Shown: positions 1 through 11,489 of the stretch, piece by piece
Layout of the letters: each line of letters opens with the position of its first letter
Numbering within the stretch: the first letter of the stretch is position 1
Assembly: GCA_036172245.1 (NCBI GenBank)
Contig: JAYWIR010000007.1
Coordinates: 4,278,001 to 4,342,000 of the forward strand
Direction: 5' to 3'
Source of the DNA: Raillietiella orientalis
Lineage: Eukaryota
Length of the DNA stretch: 64,000 nt
Notes under the pieces: model-generated
Told to the model about the DNA's origin: nothing
Seen by the model: the letters and a program-made list of their open reading frames with translations, nothing else
Databases searched by the model: none
Translations under genes and position numbers: made by a program

Positions 1-504
1 TATCCCGTTCCTTGGCAACGGGCCCCGGAGGCCATCTCCTCCTTGAGCCTCCTTGCTTCCTGCTGACGAGTTCCAACGCCACCCAGAGAGATCCAAAAAG
101 AGCAGCTGCCTTGAGCACTCGATACAGCACTGTCGCCGGCTGCAGGAGCGCACGGGAGTCCGGGATGCACCCCCGTGTTCCAGGAGATGGCCGGCGGTCA
201 AGAGCACCCGTCAAGAGCCCCGCCTTGCTGCAACATTTCTGCGCTCCCTCTTCCCCGTGCTGTTCTCCCGCTGGTGCTGGCGATCCCCTCGGGGCTCGCA
301 ATAGGGGACGCTGAGACCTCCTCCCCCATGCACTCGGAAGCGACCGTGCAAGCACGTTCCATGAGCACCACCTCCCTGGAAATCTGAGATTGCCCCCTCT
401 CATCGCGGGTCCACCTGGTTCCTCCGGACCAGACCACTGATCCCCCCACCTCCCCCATATGAGGACCACCGTGCGCACGCAAAGTGAGGTTCACACCCCG
501 TGCC

Positions 505-576
505 CTTCCAAAACGTAGTTCAGCTTGCTGGCCACCAGATGGGTGGCGTATCAGACATCAAGCTGATAAGAACAGA
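505..576 (-). pseudogene. U2: U2 snRNA fragment (from about U2 nt 39 to the Sm-site region), 5' end missing
   Basis: Minus strand reads TCTGTTCTTATCAGCTTGATGTCTGATACG, matching canonical U2 TCTGTTCTTATCAGTTTAATATCTGATACG as recalled. It is followed by a perfect stem-IIb-like hairpin GCCACC-CATCT-GGTGGC and a degenerate Sm-like GTTTTGG. The U2 5' end, including GTAGTA, is replaced by AAATAAA. Confidence 0.85.
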
Positions 577-880
577 TTTATTTCGCGGCTTAGAAGGGAG
601 CATTAAAGGCTGTGGAGGGGACGGCTCTGACTTCCCGCCTTAGGAATGGGGCTGTTGCAAGGTGTCCGAAGGTGTTCACTTCCCAGGGAATCCCCTTTCA
701 TACTCTTCGGCAACGTCGTCGATCTCGTCCCAGAGCTCCTGTCTCTAACGTTCTTTTTTGCTCGTGCAGGATGTCTGCATCATCCGGATGAGTGTCTCAG
801 CCTATGGGTCCAGTGAATGTCATGACCGTGCCGGATGCACGAGGCCACCCCAGCTTACCTCATTCAAACACCTGCGCGGG
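577..880 (-). mobile_element. 3' end of a non-LTR retrotransposon joined to U2 (Keno-like)
   Basis: Ends in AAATAAA abutting the U2 fragment. Minus-strand peptides VASCIRHGHDIH and RQELWDEIDDV resemble the ORF2 C-termini of the other copies (VCCTRAIHKIH; LPEDVRNEISGI). Confidence 0.5.
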
Positions 881-913
881 ACTCCCAGTTCTCAAAGGGC
901 TGAGTCATTTCCC

Positions 914-971
914 GGCGTCGACCCTTCCCCGGGCGCGACGATCGGTACGCCGCGCGCGGAGAAGGCAGCCA
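914..971 (-). repeat. Partial copy of the tRNA-like SINE-type repeat, B-box deleted
   Basis: GGCGTCGACCCTTCCCCG..CGCGACGATCGGTACGCCGCGCGCGGAGA..GCAGCCA aligns to 6544-6617 except for loss of GGGATTCGAACCC. Confidence 0.6.
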
Positions 972-1018
972 ACTGGGGGTCTCCGCAAATCGGCGTGTCC
1001 CTGGTGCCGCATCACTCT

Positions 1019-1118
1019 TCCTGGATTCATAGGGTGGTCCCTCCTAGGTCACCCATCATGACTGGGAGAGTCAACACGCACCCTCGGGTGACGTGTACAA
1101 CGTTAAAGAGCTTCGTGA
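1019..1118. repeat. ~100-bp inverted repeat, left arm (partner 4122-4223)
   Basis: Reverse complement matches 4122-4223 with about 2 substitutions and a 2-nt indel. The ORF track shows the same peptide WIHRVV.PRSPIM.GRVNTHPRVTC on opposite strands. Confidence 0.9.
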
Positions 1119-1264
1119 GCGCCCCCCCCCCCCCCCCCCCCAAGGAGGCGAACGGTTCTTCAGGGGGGAATGGCGTCGCCTGCATTCAAGAGATGCCAAA
1201 AGAAAATAAAAAAAGTTCCTTGGGGATGAATGCTGGCATGCCGACCGGTTTCCCCCACAAATGT

Positions 1265-1965
1265 AGAGGAGACAGTAACTAAATAAAAAATAAAAGACGG
1301 GATGGAAGGGACCGGGGTCTTTGGTTTCATTTGTTCCTTTCTTTCTAGAAGCGGCTGTGTGTGGTGGCGACCTCCCTGGTGACTCTTTCTGGCAGCCGTT
1401 CTCGTGAAAGCGGCCGACATATTGGTGGCCTCCCTTCCCCGCGAAGGAGACTCCAACACGTGGCGGACGTCGCATCCGCTCTATGGTGACAGTCCGATCT
1501 TGTCGCCATCACGGCGCCCGCCTTCAGTCCGCCTTGCGTGAGGAAGCGGCTCGGCAAATTCGAAGCGGGGGGTCCTGCGGGTGGCGGACAGCCCAAGCGA
1601 GTCCCCGCCACAAGTCCTCCAGGGCACTCCAGCCCAACAAAAGCGATTCCATCGCCTCGCACCTGAAACGGTTCGGGGAGGCAACCCTCCCTGAAAGCAG
1701 GTGCCTGCGCTGATTGCACCGGAATCCCCAGTGCAGAAACAGCAGAACATCCCGTTTCCAACGGAGCGGGAGCACGGAGGTGCCCACACTTAGGGAAAGG
1801 ACCACGGGTTCTTCGAGGAGGTAGGGGGAGGAAGGGGTGCACACCAAGCAGGTCAACCCACCGAAGGAGCCCCCTTGTCTGGAAACGAGGAATGGTGACA
1901 TTCACCAACTCGCTCGCCCCGTAGCCGTCCAGGAGTTTCTCGGCTCCTGCCATCTTGCATGCCAC
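1265..1965 (-). mobile_element. Decayed L1/Tx1-like ORF2 3' fragment, subfamily 1 (copy A)
   Basis: Frameshifted peptides RGLLRWVDLLGV, LRWKRDVLLFLHWGFRCNQR..VASPN and RFLTQGGLKAGAVMAT are homologous to ORF 2458-3360. The 3' UTR AGAAAGGAAC..CCAAAGACCCC is shared with 3374-3402. Confidence 0.8.
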
Positions 1966-2099
1966 TGGTCGGCTGTTGTCCCCGTTTGCCCTGAGGGGGC
2001 AGACATTGCTACGGCAGGGGGTGTGACACTATCCGGAACCAAAGGGAAGGAAAGAACATGAGAGAAACGGAACTTTTGCTTCCTCAGCATCTCAGGTGG

Positions 2100-3575
2100 A
2101 GTCTGACCCTTCTAGAGTTCCAAGGAGACGCATCAGATTTTCAGACCACTGCGCCACATCTATCTTCCCCGACCACCTCTCCACCGCAGTCGCAGAGCCC
2201 CCCTTGGATCGCAGAGAGCGCAGTTGCTTCTCTACGGCGCAAGGCGGCACGGAACACTTCCTTGCGAGAGTGTTGCCTCCTGCGCCCACGGTTTCCCTGG
2301 AGTGGAGTGAGGGAGGGGATTCAGGATTCGGCACACGGAAGGAAGGAACCCTTCCGTTTCCCCGAGCATAGATCGCTTTCTGCAGGAGACGCCGTCCCCG
2401 CCTAATGGCGTCGCTGTTGGACTGCACCCTTGCCCAGTTGATTCATAACTGCTGCTCTTGCCGCAAGTGGCGCTAATTTCAACCCATTCAGGAGATGCAC
2501 CACCAATTCCGACAGCTTGCTCACGCAGTGATTGCGAAGTCATAAAGGCGTCCATGGCGGAAAACTGCTCCTTTGATCTCGATCATCTTTTTTCAAATGC
2601 GTCTCGGGAAGGGAGAGCGTGGGGTTCCTCAGCCAGTCCTCAAAGGGGAAGGAAGGAAGGACTGTTGGATCAGGTTCAGGGACACAGCGTGTCCACAACG
2701 TGTCCTGACTTCCGGATGTTCCGTGGATGCCCGACCACGTTGGTCATCCGCAGAACAGGCGCCTCTTTGCCATCACAGCAAGAAAATGGCGGCTGGAGGA
2801 CTAGCGAGGTGGCAAACGCCGTCACACCTCGCAACATTCCGAAGGGACTCCTTCGGTGGAGCGAACTCTTGAATGTGCCCCCCGAAGAACTTGTGGTCCC
2901 TCCCTCGTGCGTGGACACTTCTGTGTTCCCCCTCTCATGGAAACAGGACGTGCTCTTGCTGATGCATTGGGGTTTCCATTGCGACCAGCGCGCGAACATT
3001 GTTTCCGGGGGAGTTGCCTCCCCGAACTGTGGACGGTGCGGAGCGGCAGAAACGCTCCCTCACCTTCTTTTCGACTGCGGTGTCTTCCAAGAAATGTGGC
3101 GGAGGTTGGCTTCTGCTCTTCTGCACCAGGAGGACACCGCAAGGGATTTGATGCTCCGCTTCTTCACGCCAGGCGGCCTGTCGTTAGGTGCTGTTGTCGC
3201 AACGGTCTGTTGCACCCGCGCCATCCACAAGATCCATCGACAGCTGGAGTCGCAGGCGATTCGTCGAGAGACCACCGAAATAGCCGACGAGAACATGACG
3301 TCGGCTGCCGAGTGGACCCATCTTCCGGAAGACGTAAGGAATGAGATCTCCGGTATATAACGCCAGTTCTGAAAGAAAGGAACGGCCGAAGCCAAAGACC
3401 CCTGTCCCGTACCCTCATCATATTTTTATTTAATTTTTTTTTTAATATTTATTTGTGGTCCCTTCCCTCCCGTTCCAGACTTTCGGATTTACCGACCTGC
3501 GTGTCGGGGAGCCCTCCCTCCATTTTTCTGTATCCTTTGTCCGGGAACCTGGTTCCCGGATAGTTTAGCAATAAA
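2100..3575 (+). mobile_element. 5'-truncated L1/Tx1-like element, subfamily 1 (copy B), ORF2 C-terminal CCHC (zf-RVT-type) region
   Basis: ORF 2458-3360 ends in KGLLRWSELL..WKQDVLLLMHWGFHC..PNCGRCGAAETLPHLLFDC (CxxC..HxxxxC). T-rich 3' UTR, hairpin at 3540-3560 and AATAAA at 3570-3575. The 5' boundary is uncertain. Confidence 0.85.
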
Positions 3576-3627
3576 CGCCCCGGCGCACCCGGGTGAGAAA
3601 CAGCAAGGAAATGATGGATTGAAGGCG

Positions 3628-3950
3628 TTAATCGTAGCGAAGGTGGCGCTCTCGTATCTTCCAGACAGAACGCCGCCGCACCACACAGAGGAAGAGAGCT
3701 GCGAGGACATCAGGGGACTTGGAGAAGGGGTTGAGCAAAAAACCTTCAAGGTATAGGCCACGATTCTCCTCCACGAAAGTAGGATGCTTTGGGGTAGGGA
3801 GCGCTGCTGACACGGTCTTTGAAGTAGGAAGGCTGCTGTGCTGAAGGACCAGAACTCCTTTCGCGCTTTCGATGCTCGAAGGGCCCACGCTCGGGCATCA
3901 GACTCGGGAGGCGGAAGGAGATGAGACCAGGCTGAATCTGCTCCACGTAG
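3628..3950 (-). mobile_element. Possible decayed ORF2 C-terminus of another LINE family
   Basis: Peptide ..SKTVSAAL..LAALFLCVVRRRSVWKIRER loosely resembles the L1-clade C-terminal IWKxRN segment. The zinc finger is not intact. Confidence 0.3.
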
Positions 3951-4121
3951 AGGAATACGTGGAGTCACTCGAAGAAAGGAAGTCGGCCGCTCACGTCGTC
4001 GTTGTGGTCCTCCGAACGAGACGCTGGCTCGCGTAACCAATCCTTGCGAGAGGCACTCCCGTCTTTTCACCGTTAGGCATGATATGAGCTCGTTTGACTC
4101 CTTGGAAAGGGGAGGAAAGGT

Positions 4122-4223
4122 TCACGAAGCTCTTTAACGTTGTACACACGTCACCCGAGGGTGCGTGTTGACTCTCCCATTCATGATGGGTGACCTAGGA
4201 GAGACCACCCTATGAATCCAGGA
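4122..4223. repeat. ~100-bp inverted repeat, right arm (partner 1019-1118)
   Basis: TCACGAAGCTCTTTAACGTTGTAC..ACCACCCTATGAATCCAGGA is the reverse complement of 1019-1118. Confidence 0.9.
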
Positions 4224-4705
4224 GCTCCAGAGGAAGGACTCCGTTCCTCTCTTACGCTTGGGAGGGAACCCCGAAGGGATAATCGCCCTGGCTGTGTCCG
4301 AAGGAACACCTCGAAGAAAATCTCTTGTTCCTTGTTCTCTCTGGAGGGGTCCCCCGGAGAGGGTCATTCCGTTATTTCTTCTCCGGAGGGACTCCCCGGG
4401 AAGGATCCGCTCTTCGTTTCCTCCTCTGAAGAGAACCCGAAGGGGCGCCTCCAAATTCCTCTGAAAGGTCCGCTCCCCTAAGGAAGCAACACGCTTCTTC
4501 ACACTCTGGAGAGACAACCCCGGGGAGGAGGAGTATCGAACAGCTCCATGGTACGAGATGGGGGGTCCCCCTTGTTGGGAGGAAGGGAGTAGATGGCTTC
4601 ATTTTCACAACCGGAGGGGAACCTCGAGGTCTCCTTGATTTCCTGGAAGGACCTCGGAGGGTCAGCTTCCAATCCTGGGCGCCAGTCAACGGGGGGCATC
4701 CGGCT

Positions 4706-4860
4706 TCAACCAGTGTTGCCGCACCCGGAGCCTACATGGTCAACCAGCATCATCTTGCGGGGAGGACTCGAAACCCACGGCTCATCCCCCATTCTCGGAG
4801 TCGATCCTTCCTTCCCTCCTCGCGGGATTCGAACCCACGACGCTTGGTGCCACGCACACC
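4706..4860 (-). repeat. tRNA-like SINE-type repeat copy
   Basis: Minus-strand T-arm GTGGG-TTCGAAT-CCCGC plus a second GGGTTTCGAGTCC; colinear with 6457-6600. Confidence 0.65.
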
Positions 4861-5339
4861 GGGGGACTACTCCAGAGGAAGGAGTCTGTTCCTCTCCCTC
4901 TTGAGAGGGAACCCTGTCCTGGTCGTCTCCGAAGGGAACCCAGGAGGGAACCTCCTCTTCCTTGTTCTCTCCGGAGAGGTCCTCCTGTTTGTGGGGCTGC
5001 TCCTCATTTCTTCTCCGAAGGGAATCCGGAAAGGATGCGCGCTTGTGAATTTCTTCTCCGGAAGGAACCCGCCGCAAAAGAACCTGCTTTTCGTTTCCTC
5101 CTCTTCTGAAGAGAATCCCGAAGCGAGCATCGCGCTTCTTGGCACTCTTGGAAGGCATCAACTCTCCAGCTCCATGGCGCAAGAGAAAGGTCCTCCCTGT
5201 GGGGGAGTAGACGGTTCCATTTTCACAACCGGAGAGGAATCCAAGGAACCGGCTATCCTTGATATCCTGGAAGGACCCCGGATGGTAAGCTTCCAATCCC
5301 GGCCAGTCAACGGGGGCATCCGATGGTTTCTGGCTTCCA

Positions 5340-5473
5340 CAAGTGCCGCTGTCCCTTAGGTCAATGGACGCCATCCTGCGAGGGAGACTCGAAACCCGCG
5401 ACGCCCCCCCCCCCCTCCCGTTCTCGGTGTCGGTCCTTCCCCTCGAATCCGCGTCAGCAGGTGCCGCACGCGG
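5340..5473 (-). repeat. Degraded tRNA-like SINE-type repeat copy
   Basis: Retains CCTGCG..GACTCGAAACCCGCGACGC and TCGAATCCGCG, colinear with 6457-6600. Confidence 0.55.
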
Positions 5474-5599
5474 AACAGGTGCGAGGTTTCCTGTACGCAT
5501 GCAACAACTGTTTGCTCCGGGAGATGCTGGAAGATCCTGTGAAGAGTGCGTAGGGAAGCAGAACCTGCCTTGCCGCCGTGTTGCCCTCCCTTAGGGAAC

Positions 5600-6438
5600 A
5601 TATGGACAGCAACCTCGCGGCAAAATGAGAGGTTACTGTGTGAATCTCCGGAAGGAGAAGGGGACTGGGCGAGTGAACGACGGGCCAGCTCACCGACGCC
5701 GCGATCCCGATCGCTCGACCCCATCGACTTTTGCACTGGGGCGTGCTACTGGGTATTCCGGAGGAAGAAATGCAGTGGCTCCCAGTACTCTCAGAAAGAC
5801 GCACACCTCCCGTTAAAAGTGGCAGGAGTCGGAGTTGATGCTGCTGCGCTGGGATCTCCCGCGCAACGCCCTCCGGCATTATTGGACGCGGGTGGAAGGG
5901 GTGGACCCAAACTGTGCAAGGTGCAGGGAACGTGAATTTCTCCTGCATCTCCTAGTGGACTGTATTGCCCTTCGGCTTCTTTGAGGACGCTTTGCCGCGA
6001 CTCCTGGAACCCCCGGCGGCAACGCCAGAGACGTTCTGAAGCGTCTCTTCCTGCGCGACGCCCTCACTTCGGCAGGTCGCATCCCCAGCAGCACTTTGCT
6101 GCCCCTACGAGGTGGGATCGTGGCTGCATGGAGGAACGCCAGATGAGGCAAGTTCCTGTTTCAAGACTCCCAGATAGGGAACTTGCCGGCATCCTTACAA
6201 GGATGCAGAGGACGTCCTCCAGCACACAGTGATCCCTTCCCGAGCCCCCCCATTTCTTGACTGTATTTTTTTCGTGTTATTTTTTTTCTTTTTTTTTGTC
6301 TTCCTTTCTCCTGTGCTGCCGAGGAGACACCGCTGGCCTGGGTGCCAGATCCCGGCAGGTTCCTTTTCGTAGTCATAAGTAAAGTGGTAGGATCAAACGT
6401 CCTGCCACGGACATGTATGCTTATTTTCTATAAATAAA
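5600..6438 (+). mobile_element. Decayed L1/Tx1-like ORF2 3' fragment, subfamily 2 (copy C)
   Basis: Frameshift-corrected LPLKWQESELMLLRWDLPRNALRHYWTR..DPNCARCREREFLLHLLVDC matches ORF 40579-41130. Subfamily-2 stop/UTR signature CAGTGATCCCTTCCCG at ~6227. AATAAA at 6433-6438. Confidence 0.85.
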
Positions 6439-6456
6439 CGCCCCTGCATGACCGGG

Positions 6457-6625
6457 TATCAACCAGTGCCGCCGTACCAGAATGGACCAACGGGTGTCAC
6501 CCTGCGGGGGGGACTCGAAACCCACGACGCATCCCCATTCGTCGGCGTCGACCTTTCCCCGTGCGGGATTCGAACCCGCGACGCTCGGTGCGCCGCTCGC
6601 GGAGACCGCCGCAGCCACGCGCCCG
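6457..6625 (-). repeat. Best-preserved tRNA-like SINE-type head (Pol III A-box/B-box)
   Basis: Minus strand: A-box-like TGGCTGCGGCGG (6606-6617), B-box GGTTCGAATCC (6566-6576) inside a perfect T-arm GCGGG/CCCGC, and a second B-box-like motif at 6511-6523. No full cloverleaf. Confidence 0.65.
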
Positions 6626-9600
6626 CCGACGCGGGCGTCTTCCCGCTTACAGGGAGCGCTGGACAGAGAGGGAACTGCAACCGCGTCGGGGCTGGAGACT
6701 GCGAGCGTCCCCCACCTGCATCGCGTCGCAGCTTCTGGGGTCGGCAGTGGATGAGTGACCGAGGGCTCGCCAAAAGTGACGTGCAATCTGATTGGTGAAA
6801 TCTGATGCAAGAATCGGTCTCGGGAGTACCGGAAAGAACACCCCTTCGGGGGGGGAAAGATCGAGAGCGGGGATTTCGGCAGCCCCGCTGCCTTCCGGCC
6901 CTCGGTCCGCTCTTTCACTGCCATCCACACCCGCGCGCGACCGCACCGCGAGACGTCGGCGCGGCACTCCCTGCGAGGTCGCGCTCGCTCGCGTCCCTTT
7001 CGGCGTTCCCTCCTGGCTGCCGTGCTGTGCCGCCAAGGGGGAGGGGGCGCGCCGAAGGAGCTGGAAGAACGGCCTCGCCGCCTGACTCGTCTCTTCCAGC
7101 TGCGGATTGCTGTACGGGCAGCGGCGCCAGCGCCGCGCCGCTCCTACGCCCTGCCTCCACCATCGCAGGGCACGCCCTCCGGAGCGCCTTCATCCACGGC
7201 AACACGATGAGCCGTCGGCACTCGAAAGGCGAAACGCGACCGCAGTTCGCCGTGGCTCTTCGAGCGCCACGGGCGCCGGGAGGGGGAGGGGGGCAGGGAA
7301 CGCGTTGGGCTCCCGGAGATCAGATGACACGGGAGTCTCCCTGAGCAGGTGCGGCGAGGTCAAGGGCCGCGGCTCAAGGATGTGGAAGACTGCGAGGCCG
7401 CCTGGGGGCGATGCTCTCCCGGTTCTTAGGAACTGCAGGAGAGCCTTCCGAACTGAGGAGGGAAGGGGACGGGAGGAGGGTTTGGGGTGGAGGTGGAGAC
7501 AAAGAAGCCTGGAGTCGCGGAGCTCGAAGAGCAAATCCCGGGAGGAGGAAGAGGTCGCGGCTGACGTCGTTTCTTTTCCCGCGAAGCCCCGGTCGCCTCC
7601 GGCTGCGGTGTCGCCGCGTCCCACAGAGCCCTCTTGGTCTCCGGAGACCCTTCAGGATGGGTTGGAGTGGGGAGAGAAGCGTCGGGACGCGGGGTCGGGC
7701 AGGGGTCGGGCACAAGGACGCAGGAGTGCGGCCCGGGAAGCGGTGCTGCTGCTCTCCGTCCGAGAGAACCAGGAAGTGGTTCGAGGAGTCCACCCCGGCG
7801 GTGGTGGCCCGCTCGCCTCGCGGGAGGGGGAAGTCAGGAAACGGTCGCAGTAGAAGGCTGGCGTGCGCACCTGCCTCCCGGGGGTTTTCGGCTGGGCGCA
7901 CCCTGGAAGAGCGTGCCTGTGGCCCCTCTGGTGGCGGATTCCAGCGGGGAGGGGAAGGGGGGGAGGACGCAACTGGCTGCTCTTCGGCACCCCGAGGGAA
8001 GGGGAGCAAGGCAGCTCCCTCACTTTCCTCTCCTTCCCGCTCCCGGACGGTTTGGGGTAGGATCTCGCTGCAGGAAAGCTCCGAGGTTCCCTCGGGAGAG
8101 ACTCTTCGCCCAGGGCCCGAGGCCTTTCCTCCGTCCCCAACCCCCTTCGCTTTGCCCGTGCGTGCTCCGAAGTAGTTCGTTTCCTCCTCGTTCGCCTAGG
8201 GACGCGCACGGGCGGGTCATCCCTGCCTGGCAACGCGCCCGCTGCTCGCCGGCAACCGGATCCGCTTGTTCCCCTCCCCTCCCTTTGTTTTTGTTGTTTT
8301 GCCCGATCCCCTCCTCTCCTCTTCCTCTCGGAGGCAAACAAGGAGGAGATTCTGGCGGGCGGCGGCGCTTCCTCGTCGCGCGACGCGCTCTGGCGGCGCG
8401 CGGACTGTTGTTTTCCCCACCGCGCGGCCAGAGCCGGCCCCCTCGCCCTGCCCGCCATAATTGAGCGCCTCTCCCCCCCCGTCCCTCCTCCTCCTCCTCC
8501 TCCTTGCCCCCGGAACCTCTCCGCCTTAAGTGGTGGCGCGATTTATGGGGAAACGCCGAGCTCCAGATCGCATCTGCGGTGTCATCTAAAAAGCGTCTCG
8601 GATAGCCCGGCGCGCGTGCGAGCCGCCGCGCTCCAGGAGCCTCTCGCGGCTGCGGCGGCGGCGGCCTTCCCCGCCCTCTCCTCCTCCCGCCCTTCTCCGG
8701 CTGCTCCCTGACTTCGCCCGGACAGGACGAGATGCGCAGCCCGGGGCGGTTCTCGGTCATTGAACGAGGGAGCGCTGCCGCGACGCGATGTCTGCCGAAC
8801 GCCGGCCGGGTCGGCCAAGACGGGTAGCGGCGGCGGCAGCAGCAGCAGCAGCGACGGCGGCTCGGAAACAGAAGCGGCGGTCGAGGAGTCGCGGGGGAGA
8901 GGCGGAGGAGTTCCGGGTAAACACCGGCGGCCGGTCGGCCAGGAGAAAATCGGCTTCCCGCGTCCGTCGCGCGGCCGAGGCGGCACTGCCGCTGCCACAG
9001 CAGGGAGAGGGGGAGGCCCTGGACGGTGGCGAGGAAGGAGGGGACGGGTCGGGGAGTGATCTTCCCCGGGAGCGGCCGTCCGGGCCCGAAGTTGCCCTCT
9101 ACGAAAATGGAGCGGCCCCTGGAGAGAGCGGGGTAGTTCGCGCGCATGCGTGAGTGTTTTTGTTGTTGTTTTGTGATGCCGACACCGTCGAAGGTCACCG
9201 GGAATCCGGCGTGGCATTGAGCGCGCCCGCCGAGGAAGGGGAGGGAGGGGGGAGGTGAAGCTTTCACTTTCGACCGCCCGTTACCGTGACCGTGAGCGCG
9301 ACCTTGCGCCTGGCTGGGTTGGTCTTTCGGGCGGATCCCTCGCGCGAGCGCGCGTCCCTTCTCGTCCCCTCTCCTTCTTCTCCGCTTTCCTCGGCGGGGA
9401 CCACGAGACCTCGGAGAACCGTCGGGAAGCGCACCGAGAGTCGCGAGTCCTCAAAAGCGACTGCAACCGGGAAGAGCAGGGGGAGGGACTCCCCAGGCAG
9501 GGAGTTCGTAACCCCGGGATCCGTCTCACTCTCCAGCGCGCTAGCGTTTTTCTCGGGAGAGGGGGCCCCCGGAAGCCGCGTTTCGCGCGATCCCGAGGCA

Positions 9601-11489
9601 ATCCGCGATTCGCCCGCTCCGCGCCTGCACCCGTAGGGGAAGAAGGGGGGCATGCGCCCCACCACAGCCGCCGCCAGCAACCCTTCTGTCGCCCTTCCGC
9701 CGTTGCCGAGGTTGCCGCGCAACGGCACACGAGCATCTCCCTCCTCTTCCTCCGGAGCTGGCCAATGGTGCAAGGGCGCTAGGTGCTCCCCTTCCCTCCT
9801 CCTCCTCTCTTCCTGACTGAAGTGGTGGCTGCCGGGTCGGCCCCTTCGCATTCCCCCGCGGAATTCGAGCAGGCAGTCAGGAAGTGTGACGGTGCCGGGC
9901 GTGACCTCGGGGCCACCTTGCCAAGAGTTAGTGGAGGAGGGTCAGAGGGTCCTCCACCGGGTGCTACCATGATCTCTCTAACGCGCGGCGACACGTCGGA
10001 GTGACGGCGGCCTCTCCGCCCCACCCCGAAGTCGCCCTGCTCCCAGTCCCGGGGGCACCACCGGTCCGTCGACTCCGTGAGGGACCTAGGAAGGGGAGCG
10101 CACGGAGGGGGAGAAGAGGATCTCGGTTACGGGGGACACCCAGCACCCCACAGGCGCGAGACGCTCGTAGTGAGAGCCGGTCCTCGCTCCGTCCCTGCCC
10201 TTCCCGCCTTCATCGACCCCGCCTCTCGCGGGTAGACCCCGGCGCCGGTCCTGCTGCGGCGGGACCGGGAAAAGAAGGCGTGGGGAAGTAGCAGGCGTGG
10301 CCCTCGGTCCCCCTACTTCCTGGTCGTTTTCCTCTCCAGGAACTCGGACCTCCTCCTTCTGCCGGTCGCCCTTCGCCCTTAGCAGGAGCCCGGGTGCTGC
10401 CCCAGCGCAACAGCCGCAGCGGCAGCGGAGGTCTTCAACCGAGGAAAACCAGCTGAGGGAGCTACTTCGGACTTTTTCCAGTGGTTCTTCTGCGGAGGAA
10501 ACAGCCTGAGGAGGATACTGTACGTCCTTAGGAGAAGGGGGGAGGGGGAGGAACGTACCGGATCCTTCTCCTCCGTAGAGGCGGTGGCGGAGCGCGGAAG
10601 GGGGGAGCGCAGCATCCACGATCACAGGATGCTTATCTGGAGGTGATCGATCTGAGGCAGACATCCGAAAGAGGGGAAGGAATGACTGGGAAGGTCTTTC
10701 TCCCTCCCCTCTCCTCCCAAATCTCCCCGCCTTCGCACGAGACGCGGCATAGTCGGAAGGGGGGGGAAGGGGCCATCCTGAACCTGAGCCCTCCCTTCCG
10801 AGCGCGCGTGCGGGATCAAATAGCAGGGACGACCGCCTCCTCACGGCCTCGCCCAGAGGCGTCTCCAGTGGGGCGGGCCGGGAAGGAAGGGTAGCGGCGG
10901 CGGCGGCAACGTTGGGGTGGGGCGTTGCGCCTCTACCCTAACGTTGCCGTCGCACCAAGTGAACATCGCTTGGCGGTCCACGGATGGAGGAAGCTCTTCC
11001 TCCGTGGATGGCCTCTTCCTCCGCCCTTGGAGAAGACTTCCGCGGCACCTCTCTGGAAGCGCTCGAGGGCAGCTTCGGAGGACAAAAGGGAGGGGAGGGA
11101 AGACCGCAGCAGCAGCTTCTTCCTGCCCATCAGGGCAGGTCCCCCCCGTTGCTGGCTCTCCTGGTCCGGGGGCACTGCAAAGGAGGCCTCGCACGCATTG
11201 TGACCCTGGTCGGCGGCTGCGGAGATGCCCAGGAGAAGGGGCGAGGGAGGTGGGCGCACCGTCTTATCATTCCCTCCCCCTCTGCCTGTTTCAGGCGATG
11301 CTCGTGGGGGAGAACAGGGAGAAGCGCAACACCGGAGAAGGGGAGAGCAGGGGCCAAACAGCGCGGAGCCAGACTTCGGGCCGGTAAAGTCTCCCGGCCC
11401 GAAGGCTGGCTCCGCGCTGCGGATGTTCTGCGACGAAGGGCTGTCGGATGCGGGTCCCCGAGGTTTTTCACCCCGGTCACGCCGGGGCG

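Larger units (their letters stand above)
4225..5475. repeat. Diverged tandem duplication, two units of about 610-645 bp, each containing a tRNA-like segment
   Basis: Shared anchors in the same order: CTCCAGAGGAAGGA (~4225/~4870), CAGCTCCATGG (~4541/~5167), CATTTTCACAACCGGAG (~4600/~5218), CCAGTCAACGGGGG (~4682/~5303), GACTCGAAACCC (~4766/~5386). Confidence 0.85.

Noticed and set aside
6555..6625. Possible tRNA gene
   Set aside because: Only the T-arm and an A-box-like motif are present. No acceptor or anticodon stems could be formed, and it recurs within a repeat, so it is treated as a SINE-type head.
11461..11489. Terminal motif, read in reverse, resembling a tRNA-Glu anticodon arm (TTTCACCC..GG)
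   Set aside because: No T-loop or D-arm in the flanks of any copy, and the similarity is too short.
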